Notes under the pieces: model-generated
Told to the model about the DNA's origin: nothing
The model's database searches: none
Seen by the model: the letters and a program-made list of their open reading frames with translations, nothing else
Assembly: GCA_008632985.1 (NCBI GenBank)
Contig: QPGO01000082.1
Coordinates: 248,001 to 312,000, forward strand
DNA length: 64,000 bases
DNA from: Psammoneis japonica
Lineage: Eukaryota
Reading direction: 5' to 3'
Program-made: the position numbers and the translations under genes
Shown here: positions 51,982-63,882 of the stretch, piece after piece
How positions within the stretch are numbered: the stretch's first letter is position 1
Layout: every line of letters starts with the position of its first letter

Positions 51982-53701
51982 TTATGGGCACTTTCTATTT
52001 ACAATGGCGGTGCCCCATTCGTCATATTCTGAACGTGTGATCCACATATCATGAAACGTCCCCATGCTTCCCAAGATGCTCCCTCCAAGCCAACTGCAAA
52101 TAGCCCGTTCCTGCATGCTGGGGGACAACACCTTGACTCTCCACCCAGGAGTATGGGTGTGAATAATACCCTCGACCTGTTCTCGCAACAAGTCTGGTAC
52201 GGCCTGATCTGTTGGACCCAAGCAAGCGCCACCGCCACACAGCACAACATTACCGAGCAGTGACGCCTGCTGGTCACGATCGCATCGAAAAGCCGCGTCG
52301 CAAACCATACTCGGTACCGCGGCCGACGTGATTTGTTCCAACTGATTCTGCAAATAAGGCACACAGGCACGTTGTAAATGCCGGTTTGAAAAAGGCGGTC
52401 TGCTCTTGCTTTCTTTACTGGCCTTTTCGGCAGCCTTTGTTGTTCTTTTCTTTTTGCTTCGTCGCGAAGACAATCCCACGGCTGTGCTTTCATTGTACTT
52501 TTCCTTGTACTTTTCGTTTTCTTCCGTATTGGTCTCGTCCTCCACATGAGACGCGTCAGCAACAAGGGCCGTGAACTTCTTCTGTATGTCAGCCACAGCA
52601 TCTTCTCTTTGCTGCGCGACCATGTCGTCTGTACCAAACAGCAGTTCCGGAACTGCAAAACGCTTTGCAGCAGGGACATCGACCTGCTGACCATCCGGAA
52701 GGTAAAATTCCATATGAGGAGCCTTGAATTGAGGGTTTGAAGCATTGGCATTGTCAGTCTTTGAAGCAACCGACGCACCAGCACCGGCTTCTTTTGCTTG
52801 ACGAGCCACGTCGAGACGAGCTAACCGATGAAAGGGCTCGGCGCGCTGGATATGATTCTTGCGTCGAATCTGATAAAGAGGCATGAATGGTTTGCCCGCA
52901 AGAGTATCCAAGGTCTTGAGCACTTCTTCATCCATAGCCAAGCCTCCCATGGGACTCCGACGGATACCCTTTTGCTCGACGTAGCCCTCATAGACCGGGG
53001 TGACGACAGTCCCTCCGTATCCAATATCGACAACCGTTCCGGTGGTGCGTCCCGTAGCATAGCATGCCATGGTAGCATCACGTCCTAGAAAAGCAGCGGG
53101 AACATTAAGCTCTTCCATGAGACACTCCAATACTTGTTGTCGAATGGGCGGGGGGTTGTACGAACGCTCCACCAAGAGCAAGGGAAATTGATCAGTCGTT
53201 GTTCCGAGTGCCGATTCGTATCCATGCCGAATCAAGTGCTGCAACAAATCATCCCAATCGGCGCCATTACTTTCGGTTGACATGTTGCTATTACCACTAT
53301 TATTCTCCTCGTCCCCTCCGTCATACCACAAACCCGTCGTTGGGTCTACCGGATTGCTCACATGCCACTTTCCGTCGCTGTCGTCTTTGAGGCTGATGGG
53401 ACGGGTGAAATAATCATAGTGAACCTTATCAATACGACGCCGACTTTTCGATCCGTCTGATTCCGATACGGATTTATTCTGTGTTCCTTCTTCTCTCAGG
53501 ATTGCTACATTCTGTTACGAAAAAAGAAGTGTGAGTGATAGGTGCGTGAGGAATAGACCGCACAAGCAAAAAAATCCAGCTTCATCATACCGATCGAAAA
53601 TAAGACTTTGGATAATCTTCTCCGGCAAAGCCCAATTTGCTACTATACGATCCAATATCAGCTACAATAGCATTGGCGCTATCACCACCCGTATAAGCCA
53701 T
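51982..53701 (-). CDS. ARP4: Nuclear actin-related protein 4; intron 53512-53590
   Basis: Exon 1 MAYTGGDSANAIVADIGSYSSKLGFAGEDYPK; GRTTGTVVDIG; SWLGGSILGSMGTFHDMWITRSEYDEWG...RKCP C-terminus; the splice is in frame. Confidence 0.92.
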
Positions 53702-54468
53702 TGCAGAGAGAGGGAGGAAAGGCGGCAACAACAGCGTTGCTACGGTGTATGGTGTCGTCGCTCGTCGTTCGTCGTTGTTGTGCGAGTTCACAGTGCATCG
53801 TTTGCGCGAAGATGCAAGAAACGCGCGAAAAAGCTTCACGTCATGATGACAGTCTGTCCACCCATCCGCATTCGAATGTCAACTTCTCGCTCGGGAAATC
53901 AATTGAAATGCTGTCAATTGTGATCAAAGGTGTTGCTCTTCACCATGCAAATCAAAATGCCTTTGATCAGATGACATTTCAATTGAATTCCCGAACAAAA
54001 AGTTGGCAGCTCCAATCACCCTCTCTCGTGACATTGTGTGCTCACCTCTGCACGATTTTCATTTTCCCTCATGCAAAATGTCAGTTGTGACTCTTGTGAC
54101 ATTTTCAAATGATTCCCATTGACAACATTGCACTCATTATGATCGACTCCAGCTGGAGTCTACAACATGAAAGTCTGCCAAGCCGGACATCGATGTTGTC
54201 GTGCTTCTTGCTCACAAAAAATGCGCCGCCAATCTGCTGACGTCATCGTGCACATGAGCTCAACAGGACAGAGGATCTTTGCATGATCCTGAAAAAATCA
54301 TCCCTTCATGCTTCACTGCACCATGCTGAAAACCCCGTGATGATCATCCACAATGACTGAAAGTCCAACTTTTTGTCAAAATCTCTTGTCGCACACTCAT
54401 CCAGTGCCTCGCTGATGTGATCAAATGAGAAAACTCCAAATGCCAAAAATCAACAGTCCCACTGTGGA

Positions 54469-54745
54469 TGACAGAAAATGAAGGCAAATGGCAAGAATTC
54501 AAACAACAACTCCTTGCTGCTGTCTAAATGGCAGATGAGTCTCCACTCAGAGACCGTTGCAGGAGCCGAAAGACGCGCAAGTCGGCACAATCGGGCTGCT
54601 GTCATTGTTCTTGTGAGCCTTGTGGCTCGAAAGCAAACTGCATCGCGCGCGAACGCGTGGAACTAAAAGCACACAAAACTGTGCGCGGCAAACTAAACAG
54701 CGCGCGACATTTCGCGCGCACCTGAATCCTGTTCAAATCCTGTCA
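54469..54745 (-). repeat. Copia 3' LTR
   Basis: Colinear with 61303-61579 without indels. Confidence 0.95.
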
Positions 54746-57700
54746 CTCCCCAGTTTGCTTGAGGAGCCACAGAAACAGATTCGACTTCGGATGAAATGAA
54801 GTTCCAGAACATGAGGGGGCGGAGAAGGTCCCAGATTTGGGAGCAACCCCAATGCTTGCTGAGGATGTCAGCAGGGTTGCGGGAGCCTTCGATGAAGTGG
54901 AGCCCAAGGCAACCAGAGGCAATTGCCTCACGCACACGGTGGAACGACAGTGCGGTGTGTCGCTTGTGTAACTTGGAGTGCGGGATGGTGGCACTGTCTA
55001 CAACCGACTTGTTGTCACCGAACATGTAACTGACATTGCGGATCGGGACGCCAAGGCAGTGCAGGGTGATGCGCAAGTCAACAATCTGCTCGACACAAGT
55101 CCTTGCGGCAACAAATTCAGACCCGCAGGTCGCAGTCTCCACGGTGGCTTGCTTCTTAGAGAACCAATCAGCCGGGAACTTGTTGAGGAAGTGGAGCATT
55201 CCCATGACAGAGCGTCCGGTGAGCATGCAATGGCACAAGTTTGCATCGACGCAGTGGGTGGTGGTGACGAACTTGCCAAGGGGCGGTGGAGCGTCCTTCG
55301 GGATCATCTCTTCTGCTTCGCCGCACACGGAATGCATCCATTCACAGGCCGGAGCAGGGAGATCCGAATGGTCGGGCTCTCCCGTGCGAACGCGGAGAGC
55401 ACCGTGTCGCATCTTGGAGAGGCACCCACAGACGCGTTTGGCACGATCCAAGTGGCCTTGACAGGGTGCAGCTCGGAAGCTAGAGAGTGACATGACAGCC
55501 GTGGCAATGTCAATTCGACCAAGGGACACTGCCCATTGGAGTGAGCCAACAAGAGACTGGAACTTGTGAATGCCATCGGGTCCCAGCAGTTCGGAAGTGT
55601 CCAGTTCGGGGTGGTCACCCTTCTCCAGAGGTGACAGGACGTTGGTGGCAGGTTTCTCCCCAAACAGTCGGGCGCAGCTGTCGACCATGCGCTTGATGTA
55701 CTTGCGCGGAGACAGGCACAAGGTTCCGTCGGGATCCCGGGAAAAGTCGCAACCCAGATGGAACTCAATGGGTCCCGCACCCTTGAGCTTGAACTTGTGC
55801 TTCTCCGTGAGAGTGTTGACGAAAGATTGAGGGTCCTTCATGGCAATGGCGAGGTCATCCACATAAACAGCAATGCACTCACAGTGGTCGCCGTTCCTGC
55901 ACATCCAAATGTCGGGTTCGGCGCGGCAGGGGAAGAAGCCTTCAGCTCGCAGGCAGTCGGCGAAGCGCTCGTGCCAGCGGAGACCGGAGCTGCGCAGTCC
56001 ACACAGGGCCTTGTGGATGACAAGGATGTGTCCTTCGAGTTTGCCAAATTCGGGTCCGGCTGCAATGTAAAGCTTCTCCTTGGTGGTGGCTTCAAGGCAG
56101 GCATTGCCAATGTCGGTGGCCCATGTCTCCAACTCGTTAAGTTCGGCCAGGAAAATCATCAGCCGAAGGCCACGGAGGGAGACTGCTCCGGAGCAGACAC
56201 TGTCGACAGGTGCATCTGTGAGGTGCCCGTCGGCTACGAGTCGTGCCTTGTGGCGACCGTCGTGTTTCACGTCGTACACCAGGTGCACTCGGATCTTCTT
56301 GTGTCCCGCAGGAGGAGTGGAAGACTCGAAGGGCCTGCAGTCATGGAAGACTTCACATTCGTCGAGTTGGTCCATCTCGAGATTAGTTGCGTCTCCCCAT
56401 TTGCGGTTGCCGTTGCGTTCGTCCAGTGACATGGCATGTTTGCAGTTCCGGGGAACTTCGCATCCACACTTGTGGCGAGGTGCAGTGTGGAAGGAGCGAA
56501 GCTTGGCTTGGCTGGCCATGCGAAACAGCTTCTTTTGGCACCTCGCGATGGTGCGGAACCGCTTCCAGCCATCCGTGTCAAGGAGTCCGTTCTCTCGTGC
56601 ATAGATGGCGCAGGTGACGGGGTTGTCCTTGGCGATGATGGCAAGAGGCTCGGACGTGATCTCCCCACTTTCCCATTCAAGCATGATGTTGTAGCTTGAG
56701 CCTTTCCAGGTTGGGTCGTGAGGCTTCAGAGGTCCTTCGTGTGACACGATGCGTCGAAATTTCCAAATGGCAGTGTCTTCGTCTCCTTGCTCAATGTGAT
56801 TCATGATGTCATTGCAGGCAAGGACTTCCTCGCATTCGTCGTTGTTGACAGAGCAGACGAACTCAGTGAGCTCGGGATTGCCGCTCACTTTCCATTCGTG
56901 GTCTTCGACGGCCTTGACGATGTGAGCTCTGTGGCGTTGTCCGTCCTCTTGTGGCTGCATGAGGAAGGTGCGTCCAATGATGTCTTGCGGATCAAAAACT
57001 GGCATCTTGGGTGTCCTGATCTCCCCATCAGGAGAATCGACGGGGTTGTCATCATGGCGAGATTTGATGATGGGTTCAGGTGGCTCCCCATCAGGAGGAT
57101 CAAGACGCAGGTTTCGAACGGCAGGATCGGTGGCAGCGGAGCGGACGTTGGACCGGCAGAGGATCTTCTGAGTCTCGTCAGAGAGAATCTTGAAGGTCAT
57201 CTGGTGGCCGACGTGCTCAGCAATGCCAACGAAGCGTCCACGCAACTCACGGGATTTGGACGGCCAATCGGAGTCATCGAGGTGGAAGTGCACGGGTTCC
57301 CACCAGTGAAAGCGAAGCAATGGGCTGATGTCCGGGGTGGAGCCAGTGAGAGTCTCGAGGGGCGTGCGCCAGTGGAGACATGGGGATGCTGCATGGTTGA
57401 GTGTGAAGCACACACACATGAGCGCCAGCAGCCATGTGTGGGCGGGCGAACCAAAACGATCCATGACAGTGTTCGCCATGCGCTTCACGGTCTGGTGTCG
57501 ACGCTCGGCAAAGTTTTGGTGTTGCTGGTGAGGTTCACTTTGCCAGCTGGAGATGAAGAGGGCCCGTGGGATCCCGAGCACTTTGTTGCTGATCTCAACT
57601 TGAGCACGGTCGCTGATGAGTTTGGATGGGGCACCACGCTCACGGATCTGATCCTCGAGTGTGTTGACAAACTCTTTGTCCATCTTGGTGCCGTAGACGT

Positions 57701-60363
57701 CAGTGACGGTAGACTCGGTGCCAACAAACAGTTGGGCACTGGTGCAACCAGAGTTGACGGCCGGGGTGTCGGCATGAACGGTGTCAGTGGCGACAGGCTC
57801 GTTGCGGCGGTGCACATTGAGGGCGGGGTTGGGTGATTTGCAGGCCTTCCTGAGGTGTGCACCGGCAGGCATGCGGGCGCACTGCGTGGTGCAGTCAAAA
57901 GTACGACGGACCGTGTCGGCAGGCAGGAAGCCAAAGCAAGGCCAAAGAGACTCGAAGGGCGGGTCCTTGGGCTGTGCAGTGCGCTCCGGGGGCGGGACGT
58001 CGTCGTCCTTGGGGTCAATCGCGTGTAGATGACACTCGCAGAACACGTCGTCGTTCGGAATGAGGTGATCATCGAGGGCGGACGCGTGATCGGCAGACAA
58101 GGAAGCGGACATGATGGTCTCGTTGACAACGACACGATGACGGCAGTTGCCGCATTCGTCAAACAGGTTGGCAGTGGGATCGTCCTGCAGGTCAGAGATC
58201 GCGTCGCACCACTGGTCGTCATCAGTGACAGAGTGATCGAGGACGGAAGGATCCCATGTGTCATCACCGGTGAGGATGACATGGGGCAGGGTGTCCCATT
58301 CGGCATCAGTGCAAGGTCGCATGGCAACATGAGGCAGGCCGGCCTTGATGTCAATGGGGATGACACAGCCATCAGGAGTGGCAATGCGTTGCAAGCCATT
58401 GGGCACCTTGACAGAGTGATCGTTGACATCCTGTTTGTGCCATTCGAGCTGGCCGCAGGAATGGATGGTCTTGCCCTTGCCCGTGTGTGCGTGCTGATGG
58501 AGGATGGCGATGACGGGACCACGCTGGGTCTCAATGACGGCACCAGCGGTGACAACAGGGATGTCCACCAATTGATGGTCGTCAATGCCCTGAACGTCGA
58601 CTTGGCGAGAGGTGCGTGCAATGACGCGAACGTCGTCGCCAGCAATGCCGCCGTTGGCCCCACGATCGACTAGAGTGCCAGTGCGTGTGGAGCGATGAGC
58701 AGAGGCAGAGCAAATGACATTGTGGTTGTCAATGCGGCGGCAAGTGCGGCCGTTAAGTTCCATGTCATCGGCAGAAGCTGGCGGGGTAGAGGGAGTGGCG
58801 GATGGCCCCGGTCGACTGGCATTGGGGGCTTGGTTAGGAGACAACAGACGGTGCAGATCACTGGGTGGCAGTGGCTTGCGCTTGGTGAGGTGCGCCAGGA
58901 TGGGATTGTCCGAAGTGGCACCCACATTTGGAGCAGAGTCACCAGAGTCAGCAGGAGTCGTGTTGGACAAGTTGACATCACCGTCACTCCCAAGGCGTTG
59001 GTCATGAAGGTTGGCCGTAACGGACTCATGGCAGTTGCTGGCTCGCGGGTTACGGGGAGGCGGACGAGAATGCTCAAGGATGATCGCCTTGGAGGAATGG
59101 GGCAACGAATCCCAAATCTGTTGGTGGTCGGGAGGGAGACGTTTCCATTGGTCACCGGCAAGGCTGGGACCACGGGTGCAGGCAGCATCAGCCTGAAGGA
59201 CGTCAATGTCACTGTCAATGTCGTAGAACACATCGTCGGACGGTTCGTCGGAGTGGACATCGTGTGCGCACATGGCACGTCGGGGAGCTCGAGGTGTCGT
59301 CTTGGGTTGAAAAGTGCTGTCGCATTGAGCTGCCGCAGAGAGGAGCAAGCCACAGCATTGATCGCATGTGAGGCTCTTGCCACTCTGCGTGCGATGCTGG
59401 TCAGCTTGGTTCTTGACAGCACGGAGTTCCTCGACAGGGTGCACGGCATTCTCGAGCATGACGCGCTTCTGTCCTTCAGAGAAGTGGTCACTGGCCGGGA
59501 TGAGTGCCTCGCACTTGCGCAACTGATCTTGCCAATGAAGGATGAACCCGTGGGTCGGACCTTTCCAAGCACCATCACCAAGACGTGCGGTGGTGAGGCA
59601 CGTGAGCAAGGTGGAGGACTCGACAGATGCGCGGGTGGAGGCAAGCGCATGCTCAGACAAGGCACGGCAGACGGTCTGGGCGTCAGAAGACCCCACATTT
59701 TCGCGGATGAGAGCCTTGCCCTTGTCGGTGAGAAGGGTGCGTTTGAAGACAGCGAACATGCACTTTTGCTGTTCAGCAAAGAGCAGTTTGTCTTCGAGGC
59801 TGGTCGGTTTGTACGATGAGTCTAGAATGCACTCGACGTCTTGGGCACGGGCTTGTGCCACAAGTGAGGTGTGCCAAGTGTGCCACTGCTTGTCGGATTT
59901 GAGAGCCGTGAAAGCGGTGGGATCACGCTTGATGCCTCGCTTGAAGTCTCGCACTGGGTCGCGTGCCTTGGTCGGGTTGGTGACATGCGGAGGTGCGAGG
60001 GGTGAGCTGCCGATGGACACAGAAGACATGTGGTCGGGGCTGAGGCGGCAGGCAAGGAACTCGTCATGCGTGAACAACGAGGAGTCATTGGCAACGTCAA
60101 GACCTTTGTGTGCTTTGACAATGTGCAGACCAACTAGAGCTGCTAACATGTTCTTACAACCACGGGGCAATGGGATCACACCAGTGCCGTTGTCGCACTC
60201 AAGCGAGTCGATTTGGGACGGCATGAACGTGAACAGTTCCTGATGCGAGTCCGTGCCGTCTTGGGCCAAAGCCAAACGAAGAGGGCTCCCAGCACCTTGG
60301 GCAAGCACGGTTCCAACAACGTGCTCGAAACCATCGGTTTGTTGCTGACGAGTGAGAACCATG
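54693..60363 (-). pseudogene. Copia gag-pol polyprotein, open but hypermutated
   Basis: FKRGIKRD, LVDRGANGG, VATDT..SDRAQ..SEPHQQHQNFAER, DGRHKARLVADG, DIGNACL, YVDD, WFSKKQATVETAT, NPADILSK; only about 10 Tyr in ~1890 aa. Confidence 0.93.
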
Positions 60364-61302
60364 GTAGACGAAAGTGGTGTCAGGACAATCAATTCTTGTT
60401 GGGAAGCGAAGGTAGACTTGAAACTTGGGTGAGAATGGACTTGACTTGAAATGGACTTGACTTGAAATCTTGAGCCATCTTAAAATCAGAAGTCGCCGGG
60501 CTTTGCTGTCCCGTTCGTTGTCAAGTGCTAAACTTCCTGTCCGGTCCGTAGAGTTGTGCCGGCACGTCCGAACCCGCAGCTGGTGGCGCTTTGGGTTGCT
60601 TGCGAGCGGAGCAGCGGGTTGCAAACCCCTGCAGGCAAGCTGACCAGAGGTGGACAAGACCCCCGAACCATTCTTATTTTACATCGGTTGGATTTCCCGA
60701 TCAGGCTGGCCAGTTGACGCAGGCGTCAGGCGCTGTGGACGAACGAACAAACGCGGGAAAGCACCCTCGCCCCAATGCAGGCTGCAATCACGGCTGCTTG
60801 CTCTCACAGTCGTCCTCGTGGACCTGGCAGAACTGCAGAGCACCAGCAGTCCGGGGCAGATCAGGTGCAATGGACTCGGTGTGCTTGTGGAGTGGCAGCA
60901 AAACCACAGTCCGAAGAGTGGGCACAGGTTCTTGGCTGTGAAGATGTGCACATGTGCAAATGTCTTCAGCGGCGAAGATCCTTGAACATGCAGGGTTCTT
61001 GACCGTCAACCGATGAACAGGCACACCAAGGGATGAGGATCAAGGACAGACTTGGATGTGACCGTTGAATGCATGTCTTCAGCGATCAAAGGCAGCATGA
61101 TCAATCCAGACATCCAGCGGCAAGGAGACTTGACGGTGACGTTAACTTCCTGCCGATGCCCTGGTGTTGAATGCGCGCAGACTTGCCGATGTGTGTAGAA
61201 CACATGCTGAGGTCCACGCAGAAATTGAAGTGGTGTCATTGGCAAATCAACAACGATGATGGCGGTTGCTCAATGGGTTGACAATGAGCAAGACTGTTGA
61301 TC

Positions 61303-61579
61303 TGACAGAAAATGAAGGCAAATGGCAAGAATTCAAACAATGACTCCTCACTGCTGTCTAAATGGCAGATGAGTCTCCGCTCAGAGACCGTCACAGGAGC
61401 CGAAAGACGTGCAAGTCGGCACAATCGGGCTGCTGTTGTCATTCTTGTGAGCCTTGTGGCTCGAAAGCAAACTGCATCGCGCACGAACACGCGGAACTAA
61501 AAGCACACAAAACTGTGCGCGGCAAACTGAACAGCACGCGACATTTCGCGCGCACCTGGGTCCTGTTCAAATCCTGTCA
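61303..61579 (-). repeat. Copia 5' LTR
   Basis: Matches 54469-54745; all differences are transitions. Confidence 0.95.
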
Positions 61580-61924
61580 GTGGTGGAAAACTCCACGCAA
61601 TTTCAGCACCAAGTTGTGCATGTCAAAGGTCAGTCATCACCAATCGCTGAACCAGCTCCCAAAATGACTCGGTCGCTGTCATCTGACATTTTTGCTGCGC
61701 TTGTTGTCACATCAGCTGTGGTCTTTGTGAGCCAGAACCCCCCCAGTTAGCTGTTGTTGTCATGTGCGGCCATCAATGTCACGGCGTCGTTGCTGTGATG
61801 TTTGTGTTGTGTGTGTCGGAGTGAATTCAAATCGATCACTGCGAATTTCGCAGCACATTCTACATGCGCAAACTTTGTGTGGGTCAGTGCGGGAACCGGA
61901 TTTTTGAAAGAGTGCGTTGCGCTC

Positions 61925-62090
61925 TCGCGGAGCGAGGTCATGGGTGGCAGTGCGGAGCCATGGGTGGTCGCGCGTAGGCCATGTTGGTGGTCGCGCGGAG
62001 CCATGTGGGTGGTCGCGCGGAGCAATCGAAATCAAGGGTGGTCGGGCGGTGGTCGTCGCTGGTCGCGGTCGCCGCAGAGGCCATGGGTGA
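61925..62090 (+). repeat. Short GC-rich imperfect repeats (ccatg..ggtggtcgcgcggag)
   Basis: About 5 imperfect copies of ~20-23 bp. Confidence 0.6.
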
Positions 62091-62236
62091 CTGCGCCCGC
62101 AAAAGGGTGCAAGTGCAAACTCGAAACTCGGCCTCATGGCTCATGGTGACTGCTGAGTGGCATTCACATTGCGGATTGATCATTTCGCTCTTCTTCTTCT
62201 CCTTGCAACAAATAGAAGTAGGTACTACAGGAACCG

Positions 62237-63340
62237 GTGTCACCTATTATGCAAGCTACGATCCATCGTTGCTCCAAGATGCTCGTTCTAGGAGAAAAAG
62301 ATGTGCGCCGGTGTCTGTCAATGTCGGATTGCATTGAAATGAACAGAAAGGCGCTGACCTCCCTGTCAAAGAGGTACACAAAGGACGGCAAGCCAAGTGG
62401 AGTCGTTCCGACTCGTTTAGCATTGCCTTACAGCAGTGGATTATCGACTGGAGACGATGAAGCTCCTCAAGACTGGACTCTCTTCAAACCTGCAGCTTGG
62501 TATTCACCCGATAATGTTCTAATGGGGCTCAAGATTGTTTCTGTCCGCTCCCACAACGCATCGATCGGGAAGCCAATGGTTCCCGCGACAATCATGTTGG
62601 TGGATGCTCAATCTGGAGAATCGCATGCGACTCTTGGTGGGACTTACTTGACCGCAGCACGAACTGCTGCTGGAAGTGCTGTTGCTACTCAGCTCTGTTG
62701 TTCACAGGAACCGTGTCGGAATCTATTGTTGTTTGGAGCCGGGATGCAAGCTGAATGCCACATCGATGCTCTCATGTGTGTGTTACCGAACATCAGTAGT
62801 ATTAAAATTGTGAATCGCACAAGAGACCGAGCAGAATCTTTGAAAGAGAAAGTTGCAGAGCAGTATCCAACCGTGTCGATGATAGAAACGATTCTTTTGA
62901 AAGACCACGGGTCGGTAAAGCTGGCAGTCTCGGAAGCGCATGTTATTGTGGCGTGCACCAACTCACCTACGCCTTTATGGGATGGATCATGGCTTCAGTC
63001 AAACTGTCATGTAATTGGAATTGGTTCTTATACGCCCGATATGCAAGAAGTGGACAGAGAGACTGTGGACCGATCGAATATCCTGGTCGACACGTGGGAA
63101 GCCCTGCAAGTAGGAGATTTGAAGCATCTCGACTCAAAAAGCAATCAGGCAGCCTTATTGGGGGATGCGCTATGGGATGAATCCAAGTGTAATGCTGGGA
63201 AGGAAACCGAGAGCGACAGTAGAAGGGATTGCACTTTTTACAAAGCAGTTGGGACTGCTATTCAAGATGTATTGACCGCAAGTATGGTAGTGGAGCACGC
63301 GAAGGAACTAGGTATCGGTACAGAGGTGGATATGTCATAG
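62237..63340 (+). CDS. Ornithine cyclodeaminase / mu-crystallin family protein
   Basis: LTAARTAAGSAVAT, LLFGAGMQA, IGIGSYTPDMQE, YKAVGTAIQD; the true start may be the ATG at 62279. Confidence 0.9.
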   Translation: MSPIMQATIHRCSKMLVLGEKDVRRCLSMSDCIEMNRKALTSLSKRYTKDGKPSGVVPTRLALPYSSGLSTGDDEAPQDWTLFKPAAWYSPDNVLMGLKIVSVRSHNASIGKPMVPATIMLVDAQSGESHATLGGTYLTAARTAAGSAVATQLCCSQEPCRNLLLFGAGMQAECHIDALMCVLPNISSIKIVNRTRDRAESLKEKVAEQYPTVSMIETILLKDHGSVKLAVSEAHVIVACTNSPTPLWDGSWLQSNCHVIGIGSYTPDMQEVDRETVDRSNILVDTWEALQVGDLKHLDSKSNQAALLGDALWDESKCNAGKETESDSRRDCTFYKAVGTAIQDVLTASMVVEHAKELGIGTEVDMS

Positions 63341-63378
63341 AATGCGCTTAGATGGTGTGTTACTATGCAGGCATCTTG

Positions 63379-63882
63379 CTACTTGGACGGTCGTCCCGCG
63401 ACACTCACCAAGTTGATGCAGTATCGGTTGCCCTTTCTGTCGGGAAGATTGTGTCCCAGGTGGGTCCCATCCAAACTTACAGCTTCGCCATTGGGGAGGC
63501 AGCGCACGTCATCCCAAATCACCTCATCATCGCGAAAGCTTGGCCATCCGTGGGCCTTGCTCTCCTTAACAAAGTCGTCAAAGGACCGTCCCCGGGGTGC
63601 GACAAATAGTGGCTTGCCAGTGTTGGAGTCGTAAAACGTGATCTCTTTCTCTGTTGCTATCTGCTTTGCAGCTTCCTTGAGGAATTTTGTTTCTTGAAAG
63701 TAACCAGAATGCTCAGCGTAATGCCTGTTGTAGTTGCAGATACGATCCGCGGTTTCCCAGGAGCAACCCCAACGCAAGTCATCCTGAACGGGGCTTTCCG
63801 AAGTACCATGGCTCTTTGGCTTCATTATGGATTCATCTCCAACAATCGGAAGGGTTTTATCCTTTTTCTTAAAAATGGTCAT
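63379..63882 (-). CDS. Methionine sulfoxide reductase B-like (SelR family)
   Basis: HGWPSF, GTHLGHNLPD..GNRYCIN motifs. Confidence 0.85.
   Translation of the reverse strand: MTIFKKKDKTLPIVGDESIMKPKSHGTSESPVQDDLRWGCSWETADRICNYNRHYAEHSGYFQETKFLKEAAKQIATEKEITFYDSNTGKPLFVAPRGRSFDDFVKESKAHGWPSFRDDEVIWDDVRCLPNGEAVSLDGTHLGHNLPDRKGNRYCINLVSVAGRPSK

Larger units (their letters stand above)
54469..61579 (-). mobile_element. Full-length Ty1/Copia (CoDi-like) LTR retrotransposon
   Basis: 277-bp LTRs tgacag...ctgtca at both ends; purine tract ggggag next to the 3' LTR; flanks gtgga/gtggt (4 of 5 match); single gag-PR-INT-RT-RH ORF. Confidence 0.95.

Noticed and set aside
58695..59819. Long antisense ORFs opposite the Copia polyprotein and the hydrolase gene
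   Set aside because: Shadow ORFs without recognisable motifs, favoured by stop-codon depletion or codon bias.
54693..60392. Alternative genetic code with TGY or CAY read as Tyr
   Set aside because: Neighbouring genes use TAY normally, non-coding LTRs show the same change, and Leu, Ile and Val codons containing TA are also affected.
54469..61579. RNA-level A-to-I editing or reverse-transcriptase error as the cause
   Set aside because: Changes occur on both strands, differ independently between paired LTRs and extend into non-retroelement DNA.
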